From: the human T2T-CHM13v2.0 reference genome, Homo sapiens
Direction: 5' to 3' (one strand)
NCBI RefSeq assembly: GCF_009914755.1
Contig: NC_060941.1
Length of the DNA: 64,000 nt
Shown here: one piece after another, positions 30,252 through 42,249 of the stretch
Layout: each line of letters begins with the position of its first letter
How positions within the stretch are numbered: the first letter of the stretch is position 1
Program-made: the position numbers and the translations under genes
The notes under the pieces: generated by a model
The model's database searches: none
Seen by the model: only the letters and a program-made list of their open reading frames with translations
Told to the model about the DNA's origin: nothing

Positions 30252-31704
30252 CTACCAACAAAGAGAAATGCAGGCCATTTAGAGGCAGTCACATGCAATA
30301 GCTTGATTCTTCAAAAAATGGGAAGGCATTGGAACCAGATTTTGAAGTCCTCCCTATTTTGCACCCCTTGTATTCAGTAGGAATAAAATCCAATTCAAAG
30401 TGGGGGAACAGAACGACATCCTAGAAAGTCTATCAATTAAACAACGAAAGAATGGTAAGGAGCAAGAGACAGAGTCAAACAGATCTGATTGATTTTAAAT
30501 ATTTGCATAACCTCAAATTGTTTTACCCCTGAACTTCTATTTTTTCACCAATAAAAATGGTTAGTCTAAGGCCTGAGAACTAAAGAAAGTAATATATTTC
30601 AAGGGCTTGGAACAGTACACTTAGTGCTTGAAAGCATGGGTTCTGTACTTGTCTGCTCCAAATTCCTACTCTACCCTCTTCATAGCTGTGAACCTTGAAC
30701 AAGTTTCTTAACCTTGCTAAACTTCAAGTGCTTAATCTGTAAAATGGTGATTAGAATAAGACAAAGTTCATGGAACTTTCTTGTGGATTAAAGATAACTT
30801 ATGTTAAGCTTTTAGCACAGTGACTAAAACCTTCGGCTATGTCTCCCAGCCTAAACTCTTTCATTTACTTCTAGTTACACCTTATAAGGTAGGTATTCTC
30901 CCATTTAATAGAGGACGAAACTGAGGCTGACTAGCTTGCACGACTAACAAGTGGTGGGTTTGAACTCAAGCTTAACAAGGCTCAAAAAAACCAAAGCTTT
31001 TCACTATGGTTGCTGGCCAGAAGTTTGGGGTGTTTGCCGAGGGGGGTGGGTGTTGCTAGAAATTCAACGCATTAGTTTATCAAGCAGCCTGTTCCTTTAC
31101 AGATCCAAAATCATGGGCATGTCAGTCCTTCCCATCTTTCATTAGCAACGTCACTCTATTTAGCAGAAATGATTCAATTTCTCTCCTGCAGCTGCTACCT
31201 TCCTCTGTGTTCTTATGTGGTGCATTCTTTCCCTAATTCTATATTTCTTTGGTCATTTCAACTGGAGTTTTGCAGGGAGGAGAGTTAAAAGAGTCATCTT
31301 GCCATCTCCAAATTGAATGCAGTTAAAAAAAAAAATGCCGTAAATGGGGATAATCAAGTGAAGTGTAGGTCGTATAGTTATTCCCACGCTGCCTCGTGGC
31401 TGTCCAGGAGCTGGAGCTTGTCTGGGGACAGATCTGTCAGTAAAGAATGTGCTGTAGAAGGATTCCATCTCCCTGTAAAAGTCATGTGTGACATTACCTC
31501 TCACTAGAAACTTCCCAGCAAGGCCTCCAAGCACAGACTGTTCACCCTTGCCTCCTCCAAGCAAATGTAAGATCTTGTGGGATAGGGCATTTGCATGGAT
31601 CTGGCAGAGTCCAAATTCAAACGCCTGGAGCAAAATGAGCAGCAACCCCGTTCCATCTCCTGAACATGCTGTGTTCTCTGCCACCATAACAAGAGTGGCT
31701 GCCC

Positions 31705-32162
31705 GCACTATTCACAATAGCAAAGACTTGGAACCAACCCAAATGTCCAACAATGATAGACTGGATTAAGAAAATGTGGCACATACACACCATGGAATAC
31801 TATGCAGCCATAAAAAATGATGAGTTCATGTCCTTTGTAGGGACATGGATGAAGCTGGAAACCATCATCCTCAGCAAACTATCACAAGGACAAAAAACCA
31901 AACACCGTTATGTTCTCACTCCTAGGTGGGAATTGAACAATGAGAACACTTGGACACAGGAAGGGGAACATCACACACTGGGGCCTGTTTGTGGTGGGGA
32001 GAGGGGGGAGGGATAGCATTAGGAGATATACCTAATGTAAATGATGAGTTAATGGGTGCAGCACACCAACATGTCACATGTATACATATGTAACAAACCT
32101 GCACGTTGTGCACATGTACCCTAGAACTTTAAGTATAATAAAAATATATATTAAAAAAAAAA
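31705..32162 (+). mobile_element. 5'-truncated L1PA (about L1PA4/5), end of ORF2 plus 3' UTR
   Basis: Encodes ...WIKKMWHIHTMEYYAAIKNDEFMSFVGTWMKLETIILSKL; A tail; TSD AAGAGTGGCYGCCC at 31691-31704 and 32163-32176. Confidence 0.95.
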
Positions 32163-32258
32163 AAGAGTGGCCGCCCAGTGGCCTCTTCCCACTGCGAATC
32201 CTCCAACCCTAGACGGCCCCAGTGCAGGAGCTTCCACTGGTAACACTCCCAACCCTAC

Positions 32259-32289
32259 CTTCTTCTTTCTTCATCCTTCTTGCATCCAT
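32259..32289 (-). CDS. CDRT4: CDRT4 first coding segment (MDARRMKKEE-G) in exon 32259-32336
   Basis: AAGATGG Kozak context; donor GTAGGG after 32259; acceptor TTTTCCCATAG before 32336; splices in frame to 30251. Confidence 0.9.
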
Positions 32290-32894
32290 CTTCTTTTTAA
32301 TATTTACTGATTTCTTAACATCACAGGTTCAGATTCCTATGGGAAAATACACTTGTTAGCCAGAGCCTCCTCAAACTGGAAAGCAATTAGTAGCCACCCT
32401 GGGTGGGGGTGGTTCTAAGTCCTATATGGTCACTGCATGAGGCTAAGATGACTCCACCCCCTGAGAAGAGGACATGTTTTTTGTGGAGCTGGAGACAGGC
32501 CAAGTGAGCCCCGCAAAGGCCTGCAGGCATGGCCTTGCTCAAGAGCTGTAGACTGTCATGATAGTCTCTGGGTGTTCTGCTTTCCAGTCTCCTAACTTTA
32601 AAGGAGAGAGGCTGGGTAGGCTGGGGGCTGTGTGGAGGCTGGTCCACAGAGGGGAAGTGAAAAAAAAAAGTCCCCGTTTCAAAACCTTTCTATCTCCTCT
32701 ACCAGAGTCCAAGAGTGGTCACATTACTACAAGCACGACATCCAACCTGCACTTCTCAGCCTGGAATGACAGAAGGTAGCAGAGATGGGCAGTGGCCAGG
32801 AGTCAGCTACCAGGGCCCCAAGCCCAGGCTGAAACATGGAAGTCTAATGCTCTATGCAACCATGCAGGGGGGAAATCTGATGGAAACCATAGTG

Positions 32895-33312
32895 TAGTGG
32901 TTCTCAAACTTGAGGCTGCATCCACCTGGAGAGCTTGTTAAAGCCCAGATTGCTGAGCCCACCTCCAGAACTGCTGATTTAGCAACCGCTGTTTTAAGCC
33001 AAAAGGGGGAAAGAAAAAAAAACTACTGGAGATTTGTAAGGTTATATTATTAACTACCTAGAGACAAGAAATGAGTCCAGGAGATCTTTTTGGTTCCTTT
33101 CCAGCTCTAAGACACATGCGTATGCCTAAGAGTTCATTACATTTCTATATTCGATTTTGCCATCTCTTTGGCCTTTAAGCACTTAAAAGTGCCATGAAGC
33201 ATTTCTACTATCACCTGCAAAAGCCCATTGAGAAAGAGTCTCAGATAATTCTGAACAGCTCCCAGATGATGCTGGTGCTTTTGGTCTGGCGATCACACTT
33301 TGAGAACCATGG
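32895..33312 (+). mobile_element. MER5A-like hAT MITE split by a ~250-bp insert
   Basis: 5' TIR TAGTGGTTCTCAAA through ~32985; 3' part CTCCCAGATGATGCTG...CACACTTTGAGAACCA at ~33245-33312. Confidence 0.7.
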
Positions 33313-33320
33313 GTCGAAGG

Positions 33321-33509
33321 CAGTGCTTCTCAAATTTTACCAAGTACTAGAATCACCTGGAGACCTTGTGCAACCACAGACACCCAGGTCCCACCTTAGA
33401 GATTCTGATTCAGTAGGTCTGTTTTGAGGACCTGAGAATCTGCATCTCTAAGTAACTCCTAAATGATACTGATGTTGCTGGCCTGTGGTTCATACTCTGC
33501 GTAGCCCTG
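33321..33509 (+). mobile_element. MER5A-like hAT MITE
   Basis: CAGTGCTTCTCAAA...GAATCACCTGGAG...GATTCTGATTCAGTAGGTCTG. Confidence 0.75.
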
Positions 33510-34179
33510 GTTTAGACTGAGTAGTGGGTGTTAAGCCTTTTTTATCAGCTGCCACGTACGTGAGGGCTGACTCATTTCTGCATGGAACACTCCTCCGAGA
33601 TAAGCAGTTCCCAGGTTTTTCATCCCCCTTTTTCCCTAATCAAGGAACTATTGTGGAATGGTAGTGAGTGTGTCATTGACAGGGTCAACTTTAAATTCCA
33701 CTATTTTTATAGAGTAAATTATTCACACATTCCAGCATTTTATTATAACACATCTAACAAAGGATGGCATCCCGGAGATTCATTCATACTCCCAAAAAAA
33801 TGCTCTTTTTGTCAAACCTATTTAGAGACAGATCTTACAGAGTCCCTGCTGTGGGTATCAGTGCCAATCTTCCACAGCAGTGCAGTTCTAGAAGAATTCA
33901 CAATGTCATTATTCTGAGGCTAGGGAAGAAATAATGCTCAAATAGTCATCTAACGTAGAGAAAGTTTCATGTCATCATTTTTTTTTAATTGTAAGGTAAA
34001 GCATCTTAGTTCTCCTTCTAAGACCTACCATAAGGCTTCAGAATCTAAAGTCACCCATTCCAAGTCCCCCATAACACAGCACATGACACGCAAGTGGCCA
34101 CCCAACTTGGGCCTGTCCACCTCTAGTGAAAATAGAACTCTTTACTTCTTCCATATTTTAGCATTGTTAGAAATTTCTT

Positions 34180-34486
34180 GGCTGGGCGCGGTAGCTCATG
34201 CCTGTAATCCCAGCACTTTGGGAGACCACGACGGGCGGATCACCTGAGGTTGGGAGTTCGAGATCAGCCTGGCTAACATGGTGAAACCCTGTCTCTACTA
34301 AATATACAAAATTAGCTGGGCGTGGTGATGCATGCCTGTAATCCCAGCTGCTCAGGAGGCTGAGGCAGAAGAGTCACTTGAACCCAGGAGGCGGAGGTTG
34401 CAGTGAACCGGGATCGTGCCACTGCACTCCAGCCTGGGCAAAGGAGTGAGACTCCGTCTCCAAGAAAAAAAAAAAAAAGAAAGAAA
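34180..34486 (+). mobile_element. Alu (AluS-like)
   Basis: Full dimer with A tail. Confidence 0.95.
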
Positions 34487-35317
34487 GAAATTTTTCTTCA
34501 TCTTCTCATCTGTAAATAGGATGCCAGATGGTGGAAATATGTTTCAGCTGGCAGTATTTGGAGGGATTGGGAGTCATTCCTTTCATCATTGCTTCTAAGT
34601 TTCTAGTTGATGAACCCTGAAGCCTCAGGAAAGCCCAGTCTTACAAACATTTGTTTCCAGACTTGTGTGCATCTGTGTGACCCACCATCCTGCTCAGAGC
34701 CTCTGGCCAGGACTCACCTGACCCCTACAGCTGTGCCGTGTGGCTGATAGGACAAGTCTACGAATGGTGGGTTTTTCTCGTACCTGCTGAAGCAGGAACT
34801 AGGAAACGATAAAAAGAACCAAGGGAGGGAGTGTTTGAGACTGCCTCAAAACTCATGGGGAGGACTTGTTTGTTTGAAAATAACAGGAGACAAATAGTTG
34901 ACATTAAGTCTGAAGAGAAGCTGTGGGCTTTTATAATTTCCTTCAATTCCAGCACAAAGGTTCCATTTTGTGTCCCTGTAAATGAAATGCAAACCAGCAG
35001 TCTACAGACAGAAACAGCATTGACGGGAGGGGCAGGAGGCAGAGCGTTGAAGCGGCTTTCTTGTTTTTCCTACAGACACAAAGCCCAAGTTCAGACCACT
35101 GGGCTTTCAGAGCCAGCTCCCCACTCCCCCGCTCAATCTCTCATCCCACCATTTTCAGAATCTAGTCTGACAGACTAGGTTTGGCCTAAATCATTCAATT
35201 ACCTGGAACGTGAAACAATCAACCTTGATCACCTTCCTTAACTTCTTAGGACCTCAGTTGTCACTTACAAAATGAGGAAGAGGATGAACTCCTGTCCCAG
35301 AAGACACAGTTCTGTAA

Positions 35318-35632
35318 TTTCTTTTTTTCTTTCTTTTTTTTTTTTTTAGAGACAGGGCCTCACTCTGTCACTCAGGCTGGAGTGTAGTGGCACGATCGTA
35401 GCTCACCGCAGCCTTGAACTCCTGGGCTCAAGCAATCCTCCTGCCTTCACCTCCTGGGTAGCTGGGACTACAGGCACACACCACCATAGCTGGATAATTT
35501 TTTTTTTTTTTTTTTTAGTAGAGACAGGGGTCTCGCTATTTTGCCTGATCTCAAGTTCCTGGGCCCAAGCGATCCTCCCACCTCTGCGTCCCAAAGTGCC
35601 GGGATTATAGGTGTGAATCATAACACCTAGCC
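35318..35632 (-). mobile_element. Alu (AluJ-like)
   Basis: CTCCTGGGCTCAAGCAATCCTCC J-type motif; flanked by CACAGTT. Confidence 0.9.
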
Positions 35633-35661
35633 CACAGTTGTTTTAAAAATGTCTGGTAATT

Positions 35662-36342
35662 GCTTTCTTTGCCATGTCTGCTGCGAGAATGAAGACCGTT
35701 CTCAGCAATCAGACTGCTAACATTCTAGAAAATGTCAACATTACTCTGAAGGGACACACAGTTATCGTGAAGGGCCCCAGAGGGACTTCAATCACATCAG
35801 TGTAGAACCCAGTCTTCTCGGACAGAAAACAAAAAAGGCTCCGGGTTGACAAAGGGTGGGGTAACGGAAAGGAACTGCTACCGTTTGGACTATTTTACTC
35901 ATGTACAGAACATGATCAAGGGTGTCACACTGGGCTTCCACTACAAGTTGAGGTCTGTGTATGCTCACTTCCCCATCAATGTTGTTATCCAGGAGAATGG
36001 GTCTCCTGTCGAAATCCAAAATTTCTTGGGTGAAAAATACATCCACAGGGTTTGGATGAGACCAAGTGTTGCCTGTTCAGTATCTCAAACCCAGAAAGAT
36101 GAAGGAAACAACATTGAGCTTGTTTCAAATTCAGCGACTTTGATTCAGCAAGCCACAACAGTTAAAAACAAGGCAATCAGGAAATTTTTGGATGGTATAT
36201 ATGTCTCTGAAAAAGGAACTGTTCAGCAGGCCGATGAATAAGATCTAAGAGATGTCCAGCTACAGAAACAAGATGCCGGATGATTCCTAAGACCTACTTG
36301 TGATATTTAAAAGATGCAATAAAAGACCTATTGATTTGGAAA
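35662..36342 (+). pseudogene. RPL9P2: Processed pseudogene of ribosomal protein L9 (uL6)
   Basis: Intronless, from ATGAAGACCGTTCTCAGCAATCAG (35689) to ...[11 protein letters not shown] (36241), with frameshifts. AATAAA at 36318; TSD AAAAATGTCTGG(T/A)AATT at 35645 and 36343. The pseudogene number is recalled for this locus, not derived from sequence. Confidence 0.92.
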
Positions 36343-36375
36343 AAAAATGTCTGGAAATTAAAATGCTTCTAAACC

Positions 36376-36548
36376 CAGTGGTCCCCAAACTTTGCAGCAC
36401 ATTGGAATTACTAGGGATCTTGGAAAAATACAAATGTAGGCGCCCACTCCCAACATCGTGATTTGATTGGAATGGGATGCAGTACAGGCACTGGAATTAA
36501 AAGTGTCCCAGACAATTTCTCTGTGCAGCAAAATTTGGGAACTGCTGT
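36376..36548 (+). mobile_element. MER5-family hAT MITE
   Basis: TIRs CAGTGGTCCCCAAA ... TTTGGGAACTGCTG. Confidence 0.65.
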
Positions 36549-36621
36549 TCTAGAATCTAAAACAAAAACAAATTGAAGATTTATAAAATATTATTATTAA
36601 CTACTTAGAAACAGAAAAAGA

Positions 36622-36762
36622 ACCGGGCGCGGTGGCTCACACTGTAATCCCAGCACTTTAGGAGGCCAAGGTGAGTGGATCACTTGAGGCCAGGAGTTCG
36701 AGGCCAGTCTGGCCAGCATGACGAAACCCCGTCTCTACTAAAAATATAAAAATTAGCCAAGC

Positions 36763-36795
<33 letters not shown>
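36622..36795 (+). mobile_element. Alu left monomer followed by (GA)n
   Basis: Left arm through AAAATTAGCCAAGCGC, then (AG)n at 36765-36795. Confidence 0.9.
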
Positions 36796-36798
<3 letters not shown>

Positions 36799-39700
36799 CC
36801 AGAAGATCTTTTTAGTCCCTTTCCAGTCCTAAGACACATGCTTTCACTCAAGAATCCCTGATTATAGTCAGCACTGCATCTCAAGGGCCTTTAAACATTT
36901 AAAAGGGCCATGAAGTATTTCCACAACCACCACCTGCCAATACCAAAATTGACTTAGATCAAAGAAGAAGCAGTGGCTTTAAAGTACAGAGCTAAGGAAA
37001 CTGTGGCCGCCATGGGACTCTCATGCAAATCTAATGATCTCACCCTCTCTGGCCGCAAGCTGCATCCTTATCTCAGGAAACCATCTTGCAAAAGGATTTT
37101 ACGGGTTCCAGGCAGGATTGATGGATTAGTGCTCTGGCACAAATCGACCCCACTCAGACTTTTTGCCCTACTAAGGCTGTGAAAGTAGTTCCATTTACAT
37201 AGTCATGATGAGTGGATTATTATCTCAATCTAGTGTTTCCTAAACTGTGTCCCACAGAATGCAAGAATCTCTCCTCAAGATGTTAATAGGTATTACTTAA
37301 AGAAAAAGAAGGGGCCCATGGCAAAAGCTGCCCTATAAAGCCATACAGATTGTTCAACCCAGGAGTCGCCACATCTTCTAAATCTGCAAGATTTCAGGCC
37401 TGTCCTCAGTCAACTAAGTTAGAAAAAAAATGCCATGTTAAAAAAATTCCTTTGGAGCAGGATTTTCAGAGTCTGATATATGTTAACTTGTTCTGTAATT
37501 CTCCAAAAGGGAGACTGAATATGCAGCATCCCCTAATCTCATTTGACCAAGGAATCACTCATTCATTCATTCATTTAATGCGTGGGTCATCTCATGGAAC
37601 TAGCAACCAGTGAAAAAATGTTCTTCTCCTGCCCTTGTTTTGGAATTGCAAGCCTCAGAGAATGTTATGGAGTAAGAGGATAGAATGATGAACTTGCTCA
37701 GGGTATAACAGGGTCTTCAATGAATCACCTTCCCTGAAATCAGCTGCAGAGTCCCCAAAACTGTCCCTATGCAGAAGAAAAAGCTCCACTGGAAACAAGA
37801 CCTGTGTTCACTCTGTTCAGCCTCTTTCTTCTCTTCTCTGCTCCAATCTGCAAGGCTTCTTTTGTTTGTCTCACCTCCCACTTTTCTTCCTGAGCCATCC
37901 CTAAGTGTCTTGCCTGGCCCCAGAAGGAGAATCACATTTTCTCAAACAGGAGCCTGATGCAAACCCTCATTTCACCTCTGCATTTTATCCTCTTTGACCT
38001 TCCATCTCCTCCCTGCCCTCTGCTTTTTTCTTTTTTTCCTTCCCTCTAGCCACTCCTCATTTATGTTTGGCTAAAGAGGAAGCTACCACTAAAGCCAGAA
38101 GTGTCTTGAAAAGCTTATCTCTGAGATCTGGAAAGATGCTCCTGAGCAAGGATCCACTTAGCAGAACTTGCGGTTTCCATGCTGATCTCCACCCGAATGG
38201 GCCGACAAGAGACCCACAAAACTGCCCATCTCACAGGACCAGCACATGTGCTGACTCCCTGAACTTCAAACAGAAACGCTGGGAAGCACCGAGTGCACAC
38301 CTACGGATTCTCAGTGGCGCCCCCTTCTGACTCTCTCCACTTCTTTACCCCGCCCCTATCCCATGGAAACTGTCACCATTGCCCCACCTCTAACAAATGG
38401 GTTCTGCGGGGTGCACACAAGAAGATGACCATTTCTTGTGCCTTTAGTGACACAGACACTGGGGACCCTTGGGAATCGTAGAAATGTTAAGGCAAAGGGC
38501 AATGGGAGTGGGGAGGGGCGAATTGGTCTTTCGGGAAAGAAGGCATCTCTCTCCCTCTCCCTATGCAATAATTTGCTGGACACGTCTTCCTCTCTAGCGC
38601 CTCTCCCCAGAAACGAACACACACACAAAGGAGAGAAACAAGTCCATTACCGCACTATCTTTAAAAAGTCACGTTGCATACAGTGGGCCATTTGGTAGTG
38701 TTAGCATGTTCTTATACAGACCGTGCCTCTTTCTGGTGGATCAGCTGTCTCTAACCACATCAGGGTGGGGAGGTGGGAGTCTGATCAGAATTGCTCATCT
38801 TCTAACACAGACTTGGCATTACTGATTCATCACTTATGATGGGAAGGAGGGGATATGTTGCTTCTTGATAATGCTTCTATACTTTATTTTCTGTAACGAT
38901 TATATGTGTACGTTGAGGGCATTTTATTTTCCAATGGTGAAAACGCAGTTCAAGTACCTATGGCCATTCAACATATTCATTCATGCACACATGCACACAT
39001 TCAAAAAACCTATCCTGAGCTCCAAACATTACTCTTCTAAGAGGGACAGGTCCTGCACTCACCCAGGACCCACTGTGGATTTTCCACATTTGCCTCTTAC
39101 TTTGGGATCTACCCTTCTCAATGTCAAGGGTCCGCAATCCAGGTTTCCCGTGCTGATAAATCCAGACTAATCATTGCTATCTGTGTTACGAGAAACAAAA
39201 GCAGAGGCCTCCCAGTACATAGGACAATACATGTTCCATCAACCACTCTGCAGTCAGGTACTGACTAAGCATCTCATACATCAGGCAGGCACTGAGTCTT
39301 GGTTCAAGGAGCTCACAGCCCCATGAGGAAGACAGACCACCAGTTTCCTAATTCAACCTGGGTGGGGAGGAGTGTCAAGAAGGAGGTTCAAGAAGAGAAA
39401 ATGGTTATGCTGGATCTCAAAGGGCAAAGGAAATGATGGGCAGTGGGCATGGTTTAAATGCCAGCCTCATTGCTTCCAAATCCTGAGTGAAGTGCTTCCC
39501 CACTCGGGATCCATGTTCTTCTTCCAGCATGCAGATAATATAGGCAGTTTCCAAACAGTGTGTTTTCTGCATGTGAATTATAATGCTGAATTGGCTGAAG
39601 AAACACTTTATAAATTCACTGCGGGAAGAAGCATTAGGCACTGTATACTTATCAGGTACAACCATGAATCTGAATTTTATATTTATCCAAGGAATATTCA

Positions 39701-41603
39701 ATTACAAATATTAAATTCCCACTTTAAGATGACATTGGAAGGCCCATTAAGCATAAAACACATGTGGTCATTATCTATTGATCTATTATCTACAGATCAA
39801 GTTCCAAATTTAAAAATAGAATTTCCAGAACTAGCCAAGCAGGCATAATCAGAGGAGAGCTTTTCAACCTTTTTCTTCCATGGACATTTTTGGGGTAGGC
39901 TTGTACACTGGCAGACTGGACAAGTAAGAAAGATACGGAGAAACAAGCAGCAAGAAATAGCCCTACAAACTCATATTCAGGAAAGCAAACATGAAAGGCT
40001 TTAAGCAATTTGTGCTCAGAGACCCTCTCTCTGCCTGACAGCTCCTGAGCAGTGTGACTATTAAAATGTGTTGCCTCATAATATCTAATCAATCAGAAAA
40101 AGGAAGTCCTGCTCCGTTGAAACAATAGGGACATTGTGAACCTGGAGAACACTTCAGGGAAACAGCCCGGCATTTCCCAGGACTGCGCTCAATCAATGGG
40201 CCAAGCCACCCCTTTTCAAACGCTCAAAGCACTAGGAATCCAGGCCAGTGTTGTTTTGAAGAAGGTGACTTGCATTTGAGATTTTACCTAGAAGAAGCCC
40301 CAGTCTCCACTTCTAAGGAACTGCACATCCTCCAAATATCCCAGCCCATAGCATGACCATGCAGAAAACACTTTCCTAACCCTTCCAGGAAGGGAATCAC
40401 TCATGTGCTCTCAGAGGAAGGTGAAAGTGACTGTATTATAAATAGTGTGTGTCACAATTACATTGAGAAATTGCCAGAAAGCAAAAGGTGTAGGGCTTTA
40501 CTTCAGGCCTCACGTAAACTGATGACCTTGCATTCAAAATCTGAAAAGCTGAGGGTAAGAAGCTGAAATGTGGAGACACACACCCTCTCTCCCTTCTGCC
40601 GCAGACACCCCTGGGACTTTCTGCCAAGAGAACTTTGTCAGGTCATCATCAGGAGACGCGCTCTCTCTCCTGGGCCTTTGCAGGCCTCTCAAGGAAAGGT
40701 TGTTCCGGAGCCTGGAGGCAGTCACTTTCCTTCCCCACTACTGCCATCCTCAAACCATTTTCCTTCCTTCCTCCTCCTCTGAAGCTTGTGCCCCCAGGCT
40801 ACACCACCACCTCACCTGCCCGGTTGCTGCCAGCTCCTGAGCGCTGTTCTCTGCCCCTCAGTCCCTGACAACTTGAGCCCCAGGCACACTGTCCTCCTTT
40901 GCGCTGTTCCCTGTCATCACCGTGGCTTCTTCATTGTCTCCTGAATGATCTGTGCAGACCTCCAGCCCAGCAGTCCTTGACCTGCTCATTTCCAATCACC
41001 AGGTCTTCCTCTCAGTCTCCACCACCCGTGCCTCTGTGATCAGGCCACTGTTCTTATCATCCCCAATAACGATGCTACATCCAAAATCTAAGCTGCAAGC
41101 ATCTCACTCTTATTTCACACATATTTGCATGGCAAAGCCTTAATACCAGTTCAATCCACCTGTGGGGCTCTTTTGGGTGCTGTCATCTCAGCAACTAAAC
41201 TTGGTGAGAGGAAAACGCCACTGTGCCGATTGGTCCCACGTGGAGTAACAGCTAACATTTCTATGCCGTGTGGTGTGACCAGGGCACACGCTAAGTGTAT
41301 TACCTATAGTGACTAATTAAATCCTAACAAAACCCATATGCATTAGGTACTATTGTATTAACCCCATTTCACAGGCAAGTAAACTGGAGCCTGTAGGGAC
41401 ATTAAGCAGCCTGTCCAAGGTCACACAACAATTAGGTGACAAAAAACAGGATTTGCCCTCAGGCAGTCTAGCTGCAGAATCCTTTTCTTTATAATTCCAC
41501 ACACTTGCTCCTCTATCTCCAAGTCAATCAACAGAGGTAGTCCAACCAACACTTCTCCCTTCCTACTCTTTTCACTTTTCCACTCCCCAAGCAACTCTTT
41601 CTT

Positions 41604-42226
41604 TTTTTAATATTATATTTATTTTAGATTCAAGGGTCCGTGTGCCTGTTTGTTACGTGGGTATATCGTGTCATGGTGGGCTTGGGATCCTGGTGAACCC
41701 ATCACCCAAAATATTGAACTTTGTACCCAACAGGTAATTGTTCCACCCTCACCCTCCTCTCATCCTCCTCCCTTTTGGAGTCCACAGTGTCTGTTATCTT
41801 CACCTTTATGTCCATGTGTACACATCGTTTACCTCCCAGTCATAAGTGAGAACATGTGATATTTTATTTTCTGCTTCTGGGTTAGTTTACTTAGAATAAT
41901 GGCTTCCAGCTCCATCTATATTGCTGCAAAGGACAGTCTTTCATTCTTTCTCATGGCTGCATAGTATTCCATGGCATATATATGCCACATTTTTCTTATC
42001 CAGTCAACCATTGGTGGACACTTAGGTTGATTCCATGACTGCTATTATGAATAGTGCTGGGATAAACATATGAGTGCAGGTGTCTTTTTGATAAAATGAT
42101 TTATATTCCTTCAGGTAGATTCCCAGTAGTGGAACTGCTGTGTCCAATGGTAGTTCTATGTTTAGTTCTTTAAGAAATTTTCATACTTTTTTCAATAGAA
42201 GTTAAATATTTTATATTCCCACCAAG
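41604..42226 (-). mobile_element. L1 3' end (old L1PA/L1PB-like)
   Basis: ATAAGTGAGAACATG...ATGGCTGCATAGTATTCCATGG...CCCAGTAGTGG. Confidence 0.85.
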
Positions 42227-42249
42227 CAACTATTTCAAACCTCCTCTTC

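Noticed and set aside
30252-30261. ORF-track N-terminus MLV of the CDRT4 ORF
   Set aside because: This is the intronic acceptor region; the real start is in the upstream exon at 32289
31753-32016. 87-aa ORF as an independent gene
   Set aside because: C-terminal remnant of L1 ORF2
39372-39848. 158-aa plus-strand ORF
   Set aside because: Non-ATG start, intronic antisense position and no recognisable domain
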